Positions 1 through 9,732 of a stretch of DNA of 64,000 nucleotides are shown piece by piece. The notes below the pieces were generated by a model, which did not search any database, was not told where the DNA came from, and saw nothing but the letters and a program-made list of their open reading frames with translations. Location: contig CAZIUK010000001.1 of the NCBI GenBank assembly GCA_964542785.1, positions 570,862 to 634,861 on the forward strand. The letters are read 5' to 3'. Source of the stretch: an uncultured Planctomycetales bacterium. Lineage in GTDB: Bacteria > Omnitrophota > Gorgyraeia > Gygaellales > Profunditerraquicolaceae. The position numbers and the translations under genes were made by a program. Each line of letters starts with the position of its first letter. The stretch's first letter is position 1.

Positions 1-453
1 AGCAAATCTAGCTGCGTCCAAGCTTATCCCCATCCCTAAAACCTTATTCTTTTTAAAGCCGGATTCTTTTAAAACAAGATATGTCATTAAATCCAAGGGA
101 TTAGTTACCACAATTATAATGGCATCTTCGGCAAAACTTTTTATGCTGTTAGAGAGGGATTTCAATATCTGGGAATTCTTTAAAAGTAAATCCTCCCTAG
201 TCATCCCTGGCCTACGAGAAAGCCCGGCAGTTATTACCACAATATCGGAATCAACAATAGTAGCTATCTCATCCGATCCTTTTACATTATAATCTAACCT
301 TAATATACCCCTTGCATCTTCTAAATCGAGCGCCTTACCTAAAGCCAAGCCCTTAAGGACATCTACTAAGAAAATATCCCCCAAAGAAAGTTGGGCTAAG
401 CGCATAGCTGTAAGACTACCTACATTTCCTGCTCCAAGTATAGATATCTTCAT
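1..453 (-). CDS. mdh: Malate dehydrogenase (LDH-like family), partial. The N-terminus is inside the window and the gene continues beyond position 1.
   Basis: Reverse-strand translation from the ATG at 451-453 gives MKISILGAGNVGSLTAMRLAQLSLGDIFLVDV. This is a Rossmann GxGxxG N-terminus, and the SRRPGMTRED loop carries Arg at the MDH/LDH specificity position. Confidence 0.8.
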   Translation of the reverse strand, partial: MKISILGAGNVGSLTAMRLAQLSLGDIFLVDVLKGLALGKALDLEDARGILRLDYNVKGSDEIATIVDSDIVVITAGLSRRPGMTREDLLLKNSQILKSLSNSIKSFAEDAIIIVVTNPLDLMTYLVLKESGFKKNKVLGMGISLDAARFA

Positions 454-460
454 CCTTTAT

Positions 461-1543
461 TTACTTTATTTTTTTTATAATAGCATCGGCCATCTCCTGC
501 GTGCCGCATGCTTGAGAGTCGTCGGGGGCGGATTTAAAATCGTAGGTTACACAAGCACCTTCAAGGATAACTTCTCTTACTGCATCCTCTAATCTTATTG
601 CGGCTTTCTTTTCGCCTAAGTAATCTAACATAAGTACTGCCGATAATATCATAGCCGTAGGGTTTACTTTATTCATTCCTTTATATTTCGGGGCAGAGCC
701 GTGAACCGCTTCAAATACCGCTATATCGTCACCGATATTTGCCCCCGGGGCAATTCCCAAACCTCCTATTAAGCCAGCGCAAAGGTCTGATAATATATCG
801 CCATAAAGATTAGGCGTGACCAAAACATCATAATTGTAAGGTTTTTGCACAAGCTGCATAGAGATATTATCAACTATCGCCTCTTCAAATAAAACCCTAC
901 CTGCGTATTCTTTAGCTATTTCCCTGCCTACCCTAAGGAATAATCCGTCGGTAAACTTCATTATATTTGCTTTATGCACTATCGTAACTTTTTTACGGTT
1001 GTTCTTTAAGGCATACTCAAAGGCAAATCTTACTATCCTCTCTGAAGCAGATCTTGATATCGGTTTAATAGATATACCCGAATCAATACGAATCTTAGCC
1101 TTGCTTAAACCCTCTATCCTCTCTATTAAAAGCTTAGTCTCCTCTAACCCCTCCTCAAATTCAATCCCTGCATAAAGATCCTCGCTATTTTCACGTATTA
1201 AAACTAAATCAATATCTTTATATCTACTCCTTACTCCTAAATATGACTTAGCCGGCCTAACGCAAGCATAAAGATTAAGCGCTTGCCTAATTGCTACATT
1301 TACTGACCTAAAACCTTCTCCTATTGGAGTTATAATCGGGCCCTTAAAAGCAACTTTATTTTTTCTTATAGAATCAAGCGTACTCTTAGGCAAGAGCTCA
1401 CCAGAATCTTTAAGTGCATCAGATCCAGCCAAGGCTTCTTCCCAATCAATTAAGACTCCTGTTGCATCTACACATCTTTTAGCTGCTAAGACCACCTCGG
1501 GTCCAATGCCATCACCAGGTATCAATGTAACCTTATAGCTCAT
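461..1543 (-). CDS. Beta-decarboxylating dehydrogenase (isocitrate/3-isopropylmalate dehydrogenase family). The motif looks more like NAD-IDH than classical LeuB.
   Basis: The 360-aa product has N-terminal [11 protein letters not shown]. It carries [13 protein letters not shown] (IDH-type; LeuB has DKANVL), GDILSD and HGSAPK motifs. Confidence 0.8.
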   Translation of the reverse strand: MSYKVTLIPGDGIGPEVVLAAKRCVDATGVLIDWEEALAGSDALKDSGELLPKSTLDSIRKNKVAFKGPIITPIGEGFRSVNVAIRQALNLYACVRPAKSYLGVRSRYKDIDLVLIRENSEDLYAGIEFEEGLEETKLLIERIEGLSKAKIRIDSGISIKPISRSASERIVRFAFEYALKNNRKKVTIVHKANIMKFTDGLFLRVGREIAKEYAGRVLFEEAIVDNISMQLVQKPYNYDVLVTPNLYGDILSDLCAGLIGGLGIAPGANIGDDIAVFEAVHGSAPKYKGMNKVNPTAMILSAVLMLDYLGEKKAAIRLEDAVREVILEGACVTYDFKSAPDDSQACGTQEMADAIIKKIK

Positions 1544-2044
1544 TTAAATTTTTAACTCCCCATGCTTTTTAAAATAGTTAACTATCCCCCCGGCTTTTAA
1601 TAATTCCTGCATAAACAAAGGTAGGGGTTTTATCTTAAAAGTGTCATCTCTGGTTTTATTAACAATCGCTCCACTATCTAAATCTATTTCAAGAAAATCT
1701 TTATCATATATTTTATCGGTATCCGTTTCTATAAGACATAACCCTATATTAAAGGCATTACGGTAAAATATACGCGCAAAACTTTTAGCAATTACGGCAT
1801 TAACCCCAGCCTCTCTTATTACTAAAGGTGCTTGCTCTCGCGAAGAACCCATCCCAAAATTCTCTCCTGCTATAATAAAAGTTTTACCAAAATCTATCTT
1901 AGAATAAAAATCAGGGTCAATATCCTCCATAATGTGCTTGGACAGCTCTTTGATGTCAGTTATAGCAAACTTATAACGCCCAGATATAATAAAATCAGTA
2001 TTAATATTGTCCCCTAATTTAATAGATTTGCCTAAAAGTTTCAT
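1544..2044 (-). CDS. leuD: Aconitase-family dehydratase small subunit (LeuD type 2, archaeal-like; 3-isopropylmalate dehydratase or homoaconitase-type).
   Basis: The 166-aa product has the [14 protein letters not shown] and [14 protein letters not shown] swivel-domain motifs. Its stop abuts the start of the dehydrogenase gene. Confidence 0.75.
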   Translation of the reverse strand: MKLLGKSIKLGDNINTDFIISGRYKFAITDIKELSKHIMEDIDPDFYSKIDFGKTFIIAGENFGMGSSREQAPLVIREAGVNAVIAKSFARIFYRNAFNIGLCLIETDTDKIYDKDFLEIDLDSGAIVNKTRDDTFKIKPLPLFMQELLKAGGIVNYFKKHGELKI

Positions 2045-3087
2045 AACTGCCTAAACTCCTCTGGATTTTTAACTTTAGACAAGGCAGCATCAAGGGTAAT
2101 CAGGCCTTTCTGTACCAAGTTTTTTAATGATTTATCCATTGTGCACATTCCATGCTGCGAGCCTGTCTGTATAAGGGTAGGGATCTGCTCTATCTCTTGT
2201 CCACGTATCAAATTCCTAATACCAGAGGTAGCCATCATAATCTCTAAAGCAAGGACTCTACCATCTTCTGTTGCTTTTGGAAGCAAAAGTTGCGAAACTA
2301 CCCCCTGAAGACAATCTGCCAACTGCAACTTAACCTGCTGCTGCTGGTGAGAAGGAAAAACATCAATAATTCTTGCTACGGTTTGCGGGGCATCAGGGGT
2401 ATGCAATGTGGCTAAAACTAAATGCCCAGTCTCAGCTGCGGTAAGGGCAGTAGAGATAGTTTCTAAATCACGCATCTCTCCTACTACTATAACATCGGGA
2501 TCCTGCCGTAAAGCATGCCTTAAGGCTGTGGCAAAAGAACAAGTATCAATATAAATTTCCCTTTGCTTAATTATACTCTTATTGTTTCTAAAAACAAACT
2601 CTATCGGATCTTCTATGCAAACAACGAGAGACTCCCTCTCGTTATTTATTAAATTAATCATTGCTGCTAATGTAGTAGTCTTCCCCATGCCAGTAGGCCC
2701 AGTTATTAAGACTAAACCATTGGGTTTACGTGCAAGATCGCTAATTATTGGAGGTAGTCCCAACCCTTCTATAGTAGGGATCTGAAGAGGAATTCTTCTA
2801 AAAGCAGCCTCTACGCATCCTTTTTGTATATGGACATTAACTCTAAACCTATCCAACCCAGGGAGGGCTAAAGAAAAATCCAGTTCTAAATCCTTTTCAA
2901 ATAACTCTTTTTGGTAATTAGAGAGGATACTATAAATCATCCTCTTTAAATCCTCTTTCTTGATAATCTCTGCTTTAGTCCTAAAAAGGTTGCCATTTAA
3001 CCTTAAAATCGGAGGCTCATTTTCAGTTAAATGTAAATCAGAAGCTCCATGCTTAATAGACAAAAGCAACAAATCACGAATCTCCAT
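2041..3087 (-). CDS. pilT: Type IV pilus retraction ATPase PilT.
   Basis: The 348-aa product has Walker A GPTGMGKTTT, IEDPIEF, GEMRDLETI and AAETGHLVLATLHT. These match PilT/PilU over the full length. The gene overlaps leuD by 4 nt. Confidence 0.85.
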   Translation of the reverse strand: MEIRDLLLLSIKHGASDLHLTENEPPILRLNGNLFRTKAEIIKKEDLKRMIYSILSNYQKELFEKDLELDFSLALPGLDRFRVNVHIQKGCVEAAFRRIPLQIPTIEGLGLPPIISDLARKPNGLVLITGPTGMGKTTTLAAMINLINNERESLVVCIEDPIEFVFRNNKSIIKQREIYIDTCSFATALRHALRQDPDVIVVGEMRDLETISTALTAAETGHLVLATLHTPDAPQTVARIIDVFPSHQQQQVKLQLADCLQGVVSQLLLPKATEDGRVLALEIMMATSGIRNLIRGQEIEQIPTLIQTGSQHGMCTMDKSLKNLVQKGLITLDAALSKVKNPEEFRQL

Positions 3088-3098
3088 ATTAACCTCCG

Positions 3099-4352
3099 TT
3101 ATAAAAATTCTTTAGGGTCAGCGATAAAACCCTTTATCGCTGAAGCAGCCACAGTAGCAGGAGATGCTAAATAAATAAACGAGCTAGGGTTACCCATCCT
3201 ACCTTTAAAATTCCTATTAGCGCTAGAAATAACTACTTCTTTATCTGCAGGTACGCCATTATGCGTACCAACACAAGGCCCGCATCCAGCAGCTACAATA
3301 ACTGCTCCTGAACGAATAAATATGTCTATTAACCCAAGCCTTAACGCCTCAAGAAAAACTTCCCGGGAACTAGGGGCAATTATAAACCTCACCCCAGGAT
3401 TAACTCTTCTTCCTTTTAATATTTTAGCAGCTACTTTTAAATCCTGCAAGCGCCCATTAGTACATGTTCCTAAAAAAGCTTCGTCTATCTTTACGTTCTT
3501 TAGATCTAAAACATCTCTAGCGCTATCTACGTTATGCGGCAGAGAAACCTGAGGAGCCAGCTTTGATATATCAAAGGTCAATACCTGTTCATAATCCGCA
3601 TCAGGATCGGCGAAATAAGGTTTTATATCTTCTGACTTTACGCCTTTAGATTTTAACCAATTCTTAGTAATTTTATCTACAGGCATGAATCCAACTTTAG
3701 CCCCCATTTCAACTACCATATTGCTTATGGTAAATCTTCCATCCATATCCATACTATCAATAACCGGACCAGAAAATTCTATAGCTTTATAAGTTGCTCC
3801 ATTAGATTTAATTGCAGTAATTATATATAGAGCGACATCCTTAGCATAGACGCCTTTGTTTAATTCTCCTTTAATTACTATCTTTAATGTTTTTGGAACC
3901 TTAAACCAACTTTTACCAGTAGCTAAAGCAATGCTTAAATCGGTAGATCCGACACCAGTAGCAAATGCACCCAAAGCACCATAAGTGCAAGTATGGGAAT
4001 CTGCTCCTAAAACTAAAGATCCTGGGAGAATACTACCTGACTCGGGTATCACCTGATGACAAACACCACAACCTATATCAAAGAGGGGCACTTTAAATTC
4101 AGCGGCAAAATTACGCATCTTCTTATGAACCCTTGATACGCCCTCGTTAGGAGAGGGAGCGCTATGATCTATTACCATACAAAACTTAGCATTTAATTCT
4201 TTTAATCCCAGCTCCTTAACCCTATCAATAATAATAGCGCTTGTACCATCTTGCCCAAAAGTAAAATCTACTTTACAAAGCGCAAAATCACCAGCCAAAA
4301 GACTCTTGCCCGCATGAACGCTTAATATTTTTTCTACTATTGTCTTTCCCAT
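3099..4352 (-). CDS. leuC: Aconitase-family dehydratase large subunit (LeuC type 2-like).
   Basis: The 417-aa product starts MGKTIVEKIL. Cys ligands for the Fe-S cluster (GCGVCHQ, CTNGR, AAGCGPCVG) and SANRNFKGRMG are present. Confidence 0.78.
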   Translation of the reverse strand: MGKTIVEKILSVHAGKSLLAGDFALCKVDFTFGQDGTSAIIIDRVKELGLKELNAKFCMVIDHSAPSPNEGVSRVHKKMRNFAAEFKVPLFDIGCGVCHQVIPESGSILPGSLVLGADSHTCTYGALGAFATGVGSTDLSIALATGKSWFKVPKTLKIVIKGELNKGVYAKDVALYIITAIKSNGATYKAIEFSGPVIDSMDMDGRFTISNMVVEMGAKVGFMPVDKITKNWLKSKGVKSEDIKPYFADPDADYEQVLTFDISKLAPQVSLPHNVDSARDVLDLKNVKIDEAFLGTCTNGRLQDLKVAAKILKGRRVNPGVRFIIAPSSREVFLEALRLGLIDIFIRSGAVIVAAGCGPCVGTHNGVPADKEVVISSANRNFKGRMGNPSSFIYLASPATVAASAIKGFIADPKEFL

Positions 4353-4378
4353 TTCTAACCTATAAATTTACTAGACCA

Positions 4379-5563
4379 TTAAACTTTAGTTATATCTTTT
4401 AAAAACTCACCTAATCTATCCATCCCCTTTTTAAGCTCTTCTAGGTTCGTTGCAAAACTTATTCTTATATAACCACTCATTCCAAAACCTTCTCCGGGGA
4501 TAAGACTAACATGCTTCTCTTCTAGAATCCTATTAGCAAAATCAACTGCTTTTATACCTGTTTTAGTTATATCGCAAAATATATAGAATGCTCCCTTGGG
4601 AGCTATAGGGTTAATAGACGGCATAGAAGACAACCTCTCTAAACAAAAATCCCTCCTTAGGGCAAATTCTGAAAGAGTCTTCTTCAAAAAACCATTTTTA
4701 TTCCTTAAAGCTGCTACCGCACCTTTTTGCGCAATAGAATTAGGATTGGATGTAGAATGATCCTGGACTCTTAATACTGCCTCGGCAATATCAAAAGCTG
4801 CGGCAAGATAACCTATACGCCAACCGGTCATAGAGTGACTCTTGGATAAACCGTTTACAGTAACAACAAGATTATAAATATCTTTATTTAAAGAAGCTAC
4901 GGATATATGTTTTTCTCCGTCATAAATCAACTTTTCATAAATCTCATCACTTATAATAAAGACCTTATTCTTTAAGCAAATCTCAACTATGCCTAATAAT
5001 TCCTCTTTGCTATAAACGCTTCCTGTGGGGTTAGAAGGGCTGTTTAAAATAAGAGCCTTAGTCTGGGGGGTAATTTGTTCTTTTAACTGAAGAGGAGTAA
5101 TTTTAAAATTGTTCTCTGAAGAGGTCTTTATAAAACGCGGCCTACCTAAACAGAGCCTTACCATTTCAGGGTAACTTACCCAATAGGGCTGAGGTATTAA
5201 CACCTCCTCTTCAGGATTAAGAAGGACAAAAAGTGCATTAAAAATGCTATGTTTTGCCCCGCAAGATACTACTATCTGGTTTGGTTTATAATCTAAAGAG
5301 TTATCTTCTCTTAATTTTTCGGATATAAGTTGCCGTAACTCTGGGATGCCGGCAGTAGGAGTATATTTGGTAAAGCCCTGTTCTATAGCGCTTAGGGCTG
5401 CATTCTTTACAAAATCAGGGGTATCAAAATCAGGCTCTCCTGCAGATAAATTAACAATATCTAAGCCTTCAGCCTTAAGTTTCTTAGCCCTTGAGGTTAA
5501 GGTTAAAGTCAAGGAAGGCTTGACTAATTCCAAGCGCCGGGCTAACCTGATATCTATACGCAT
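4379..5563 (-). CDS. Class I/II pyridoxal-phosphate aminotransferase (aspartate aminotransferase-like).
   Basis: The 394-aa product has LSAGEPDFDTP, the NPSNPTG motif and a PLP-lysine region GLSKSHSMTGWRIGY. Confidence 0.8.
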   Translation of the reverse strand: MRIDIRLARRLELVKPSLTLTLTSRAKKLKAEGLDIVNLSAGEPDFDTPDFVKNAALSAIEQGFTKYTPTAGIPELRQLISEKLREDNSLDYKPNQIVVSCGAKHSIFNALFVLLNPEEEVLIPQPYWVSYPEMVRLCLGRPRFIKTSSENNFKITPLQLKEQITPQTKALILNSPSNPTGSVYSKEELLGIVEICLKNKVFIISDEIYEKLIYDGEKHISVASLNKDIYNLVVTVNGLSKSHSMTGWRIGYLAAAFDIAEAVLRVQDHSTSNPNSIAQKGAVAALRNKNGFLKKTLSEFALRRDFCLERLSSMPSINPIAPKGAFYIFCDITKTGIKAVDFANRILEEKHVSLIPGEGFGMSGYIRISFATNLEELKKGMDRLGEFLKDITKV

Positions 5564-5575
5564 TATAATTTATTT

Positions 5576-6103
5576 TTATAAAGAATCTCTCTCTTTCTTA
5601 AAAATCTTCTTTATCCCCCCGAGGAATTTCTTGGCAGGTTTTTTAGGCTCTTCTCTTCTCTCTCTTGGTTGCTGAGGCTTTGCCTCTTCTACCCTTGGCT
5701 CAAGCACAACCTCTTTTGTCTTTTTCTGTTTTTTAGGTTCTTTTATTTTACGTTCGGTAAGTTCAAAGAGCACTAGCTGTGCATCATCCCCCCTACGCCT
5801 CTTTAAATGGATAATCCTAGTAAAACCACTTTTCCTTTTATCAAAGAGTGGCCCAATATCATTAAAAAGCTTAGAGACAAGATTATGAGAACCTAAAATC
5901 CTAAATGCCCGACGCCTAGCAATTAGTGTATTTTTTTTAGCTAAAGAGATAAGCTTCTCAACCAAAGGCCTTGATGCCTTAGCCCTAGTTAGAGTAGTAG
6001 TTATAGCTTGGTGTACAATCATACTTCTCGCTAAACTATTTAAGGTAGCTTTATTCCAACTGGTAAAACGGTTTAGCTTAAATCTCTTATTAGCGTGTCT
6101 CAT
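5576..6103 (-). CDS. rplQ: Ribosomal protein L17 with a roughly 55-aa K/E/R-rich C-terminal extension.
   Basis: The product starts MRHANKRFKLNR (L17 signature) and lies downstream of rpoA. At 175 aa it is longer than the usual length of about 120 aa. Confidence 0.9.
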   Translation of the reverse strand: MRHANKRFKLNRFTSWNKATLNSLARSMIVHQAITTTLTRAKASRPLVEKLISLAKKNTLIARRRAFRILGSHNLVSKLFNDIGPLFDKRKSGFTRIIHLKRRRGDDAQLVLFELTERKIKEPKKQKKTKEVVLEPRVEEAKPQQPRERREEPKKPAKKFLGGIKKIFKKERDSL

Positions 6104-6109
6104 CCTATC

Positions 6110-7102
6110 TTATGCCTTTTTTAGTTTTTTGGAGTCTACCTGCATCCCCAAGGTTAAACCCATAACCATAAGCAATTCTTTAATTTCACCTAAAGATTTT
6201 TTGCCGAAATTCTTAAAACTCAACATCTCATCTTCGGTCTTCTTAACTAAATCCGCGATAATCTTAATTCCGGCTTCCCTCAAACAATTAGAACTACGCA
6301 CTGAAAGCTCTAACTCTGAAATAGGCAGTCTTAACTTTTCATAAATCGCAACTTCTTCTTTAGTCATCTCCGGCTCTTCTTCAGAGATATCCTCCGGAAG
6401 GTATCCATAGTTAACAAAAATATCCAAATGCCTCTGTAAGATATTAGAGGCATAAAGAAGCGCATCTTTAGGCGTGATTGAGCCATTAGTAAAAATCTCT
6501 AATATTAATTTATCGTAATCCGTCTTTTGCCCTACCCGGGTATTCTCTACAAAAAAATTAACCTTTTTAACCGGGGCAAATACTGCATCCACCGGAATTA
6601 CCCCAACAACCTTCTCTTCTTTTTTATTCAACTCCGCAGTTATATATCCGCGGCCACGAGAGACCTCCATTTCAATATTTAATTTTGTATCCTTGGTTAG
6701 GGTAGCCAAGTAAAGATCGGGATTAATTATTTCTATAGTATCGTCGGTCTTTATATTTTTTGCCCTAATCTCTCCCTTTTTATCAGCAGATATAGTTATA
6801 GTTTTTGGAATCTTAGAATGAGAATTTAAAATAAGGCTCTTTATATTAAGGATAAGTTCCGGAACATCCTCAAGAAGACCCGGTACTACAGAGAACTCGT
6901 GCGAAACACCTGCTATCTTAACGCTTGTAACAGCGCTACCCTCTATAGAAGATAGTAAAACCCTGCGCAAAGAATTGCCTAAGGTAACTCCGTAACCTCT
7001 TTCAAAAGGGGCTGCTGAAAATTTACCGTAAATATTAGTGTAGCTTGACTCATCGCATTCTAACCTCTTTGGCAACTGAAAATCTCTCCATTTTATACCC
7101 AT
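6110..7102 (-). CDS. rpoA: DNA-directed RNA polymerase alpha subunit.
   Basis: The 330-aa product sits between rpsD and rplQ. N-terminal and C-terminal domain motifs are present (LRRVLLSS; C-terminal SVRSSNCL). Confidence 0.95.
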   Translation of the reverse strand: MGIKWRDFQLPKRLECDESSYTNIYGKFSAAPFERGYGVTLGNSLRRVLLSSIEGSAVTSVKIAGVSHEFSVVPGLLEDVPELILNIKSLILNSHSKIPKTITISADKKGEIRAKNIKTDDTIEIINPDLYLATLTKDTKLNIEMEVSRGRGYITAELNKKEEKVVGVIPVDAVFAPVKKVNFFVENTRVGQKTDYDKLILEIFTNGSITPKDALLYASNILQRHLDIFVNYGYLPEDISEEEPEMTKEEVAIYEKLRLPISELELSVRSSNCLREAGIKIIADLVKKTEDEMLSFKNFGKKSLGEIKELLMVMGLTLGMQVDSKKLKKA

Positions 7103-7128
7103 CTATTCCTCCTTAAATAAATTTAAGA

Positions 7129-7764
7129 CTACTTTGAATACAACTCAACTATAAGTTGTTCCTGTATATTTTGCATAATATCTTCTTTTTCAGGAAGCCT
7201 TAAAATCTTAGCAGATAACTCATCAGCCTTAAACTCTAACCAGCTAGGGACAGTCCTATTTTTAGAAAATTCTAAATTCTCCCTAAGCTTGGTTAGGGCT
7301 TTATCCTTAGCTTTAATCTGCACAAGGTCATCTTTAGAAATTAAAAAAGAGGGTACATTAACCCTCTTTGAGTTAACAAAAACAAAATTATGCCTTACTA
7401 TTTGCCTAGATTGAGACCTCGATAAGCCTAACCCCATTCGAAAAACAACGTTATCCAACCTCCTCTCTAAAAGCTGCAACAAAACCTTACCCGTTACGCC
7501 TTTAGATCTTGAAGCTATATGAAAATATTTACGGAACTGCTTTTCTAAAACTCCATAAACCCTTTTAACTTTTTGCTTTTCCCTAAGTTGTAAGCCATAG
7601 TTAGAAAGCTTCTGCCTCCTACCTTTACCCCCTCCGTGTTGTCCCGGGGCATAGGGCCTTTTTACAGCAGGACATTTTTCAGTATTACACTTAGTGCCTT
7701 TTAAAAATAATTTTTCTCCTTGCCTACGGCATAACCTACATACCGCATCTATATAACGCGCCAT
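7129..7764 (-). CDS. rpsD: Ribosomal protein S4.
   Basis: The product starts MARYIDAVCRLCRR and is 211 aa, with conserved S11-S4 synteny. Confidence 0.95.
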   Translation of the reverse strand: MARYIDAVCRLCRRQGEKLFLKGTKCNTEKCPAVKRPYAPGQHGGGKGRRQKLSNYGLQLREKQKVKRVYGVLEKQFRKYFHIASRSKGVTGKVLLQLLERRLDNVVFRMGLGLSRSQSRQIVRHNFVFVNSKRVNVPSFLISKDDLVQIKAKDKALTKLRENLEFSKNRTVPSWLEFKADELSAKILRLPEKEDIMQNIQEQLIVELYSK

Positions 7765-7767
7765 AAA

Positions 7768-8157
7768 TTAAACTCTCCTTTTCTTCTTAGGACGACACCC
7801 ATTATGCGGGATAGGGGTTACATCCTTTATTAATGTAATAATTAAGCCTGCTGCCTGAAGTGCCCTAATAGCAGATTCCCTGCCAAACCCCGGGCCCTTT
7901 ACCCTAACCTCAACCTCCTTTAACCCTATATCCTTTGCTTTCTTAGCAGCATCGGAAGCTGCTATCTGAGCAGCAAAAGGAGTGGATTTCTTAGACCCCT
8001 TATAACCAACTATTCCCGGAGCAGACCATACTAAGACATTCCCCTGTTTATCCGTAATAGTAATAATAGTATTATTGAAACTAGCTTGAATATGCACTAT
8101 CCCGGAGGTAATACCTTTTGCTAACTTTTTTTTCTTTGCCTTGTCTTTTGTCGCCAT
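7768..8157 (-). CDS. rpsK: Ribosomal protein S11.
   Basis: The 129-aa product shows S11 family sequence and synteny. Confidence 0.93.
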   Translation of the reverse strand: MATKDKAKKKKLAKGITSGIVHIQASFNNTIITITDKQGNVLVWSAPGIVGYKGSKKSTPFAAQIAASDAAKKAKDIGLKEVEVRVKGPGFGRESAIRALQAAGLIITLIKDVTPIPHNGCRPKKKRRV

Positions 8158-8199
8158 TAATTATCTCCAGCCTTTCTTTAATTATTTAGCAGGTTTAGC

Positions 8200-8592
8200 T
8201 TACTTAGCAGGCACAGCTTTTTTAACAACAGCCATATTCCCCTTGCGCGGGCCTTTGCGTGTCCGGGCATTGGTCCTGGTACGCTGGCCCCTAACAGGAA
8301 GTCCTCTCCTATGTCTAGAACCTCTCCAAGAACTTATATCCATCAACCTTTTTATATTTTGCGATACGTCTCTACGTAAATCCCCCTCTACCCTTAATGT
8401 CCCTTTTTGTAAGTAATTAGTTATTCGCGCTACCTCTTCTTCAGTTAAGTCTTTAGCGCGCTTAGCGGGATCAATGTTTATCTCTTTAAGTAACTTGGTT
8501 GACAAAGCTCTACCTATACCATATAAATAAGCAAGCGATATCTCTATTCTCTTTTCTTTAGGTAAATCAACACCTAGAATTCTTGGCATCAA
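8200..8592 (-). CDS. rpsM: Ribosomal protein S13.
   Basis: The product starts [26 protein letters not shown]. Confidence 0.95.
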   Translation of the reverse strand: MMPRILGVDLPKEKRIEISLAYLYGIGRALSTKLLKEINIDPAKRAKDLTEEEVARITNYLQKGTLRVEGDLRRDVSQNIKRLMDISSWRGSRHRRGLPVRGQRTRTNARTRKGPRKGNMAVVKKAVPAK

Positions 8593-8638
8593 ACTCTCCC
8601 TGCCTGCCCTTAAAAACAGGCTTTATATAGTTAATAAA

Positions 8639-8752
8639 TTACCCTTGCCTTTGTTTATGCTTAGGGGTGGAGCAAATCACCCTAATAACCCTGCGCCTCT
8701 TAATAATTTTACATTTATCACAGATCTTCTTCACCGATGCTTTTACTTTCAC
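8639..8752 (-). CDS. rpmJ: Ribosomal protein L36 (zinc-ribbon C+ form). It has a GTG start and is missing from the ORF track.
   Basis: Hand translation gives [38 protein letters not shown], 37 aa. A GGAGG lies 6-10 nt upstream, and the gene sits at the canonical position between infA and rpsM. Confidence 0.85.
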   Translation of the reverse strand: MKVKASVKKICDKCKIIKRRRVIRVICSTPKHKQRQG

Positions 8753-8767
8753 CTCTTAAACCTCCGG

Positions 8768-8986
8768 CTATTTTACTCTAAAAGTTATCCTACCCCTACT
8801 TAAATCGTAAGGAGATAATTCAAGCTTTACTTTATCTCCAGGAAGAATCCTTATAAAATGCATACGCATTTTTCCTGAGACATGCGCTAAAACAACATGC
8901 CCATTTTCAAGCTCTACCTTAAACATAGCGTTTGGCAAAGCTTCTAAAATCTTTCCTTCAGTCTCTATAAGTTCTTCTTTAGGCAT
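8768..8986 (-). CDS. infA: Translation initiation factor IF-1.
   Basis: The 72-aa product contains [32 protein letters not shown]. Confidence 0.95.
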   Translation of the reverse strand: MPKEELIETEGKILEALPNAMFKVELENGHVVLAHVSGKMRMHFIRILPGDKVKLELSPYDLSRGRITFRVK

Positions 8987-9728
8987 AATCAGTAAGTATC
9001 TTTGGCCCGTAAGGAGTAACGGCTACCGTATGTTCAAAATGGGCTGAGGGGGAGCTATCCTTTGTTACCGCAGTCCAACCATTATCTAATATATCTGCTT
9101 CCCAACCACCCATATTAACCATAGGCTCAATCGCCAATACCATACCACTCTTTAAAAGCGGGCCTTGCCCGGGGATACCAAAATTAGGAATCTCTGGTTC
9201 CTCGTGAAGATTAAAACCAATTCCATGTCCGACAAATTGCCTGACAACCGAAAACCCATTAGCTTCAACAAAACTTTGGATATAGCTGGAGATATCCGAA
9301 AGATTGCTCCCTACAATAGCCTTTTTTATCGCTCCATCTAGTGCCTTGCGAGAAACATCAATCAATTTACAAAGTTCAAGGCTTACATCCCCTACGGCTA
9401 AAGTTAAAGCTGCATCCGTAAAATAACCCTTATAATTTACCCCAAGATCAATCCCTATTATATCGCCATCTTTAAGCGCCCTTTCGCTAGGTAGTCCGTG
9501 CACTATCTCCTCATTAACTGAAGTACATACCGAAGCTGGGTATCCTTTATATCCTTTAAAAGCAGGCAACCCTCCTTCTTTAATTATCAAATCTTCAGCA
9601 AAAGAATCAATATCCCGGGTTAAAACCCCAGGGGCTACCATAGCCCTAAGCCTACTCATAACCTTACCTAAAATCTCTCCTGATTTTTTAAGCATATCTA
9701 AATCATCTTGGGACTTTAAAGAAATCAT
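8979..9728 (-). CDS. map: Methionine aminopeptidase type I.
   Basis: The 249-aa product has the pita-bread fold metal ligands (D..D..H..E..E pattern). Confidence 0.9.
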   Translation of the reverse strand: MISLKSQDDLDMLKKSGEILGKVMSRLRAMVAPGVLTRDIDSFAEDLIIKEGGLPAFKGYKGYPASVCTSVNEEIVHGLPSERALKDGDIIGIDLGVNYKGYFTDAALTLAVGDVSLELCKLIDVSRKALDGAIKKAIVGSNLSDISSYIQSFVEANGFSVVRQFVGHGIGFNLHEEPEIPNFGIPGQGPLLKSGMVLAIEPMVNMGGWEADILDNGWTAVTKDSSPSAHFEHTVAVTPYGPKILTDYA

Positions 9729-9732
9729 GATA

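Noticed and set aside
461-1543. The initial call of this gene as leuB.
   Set aside because: The HKANIMK motif and the mdh neighbour make an IDH-type assignment at least as likely. I kept a family-level call.
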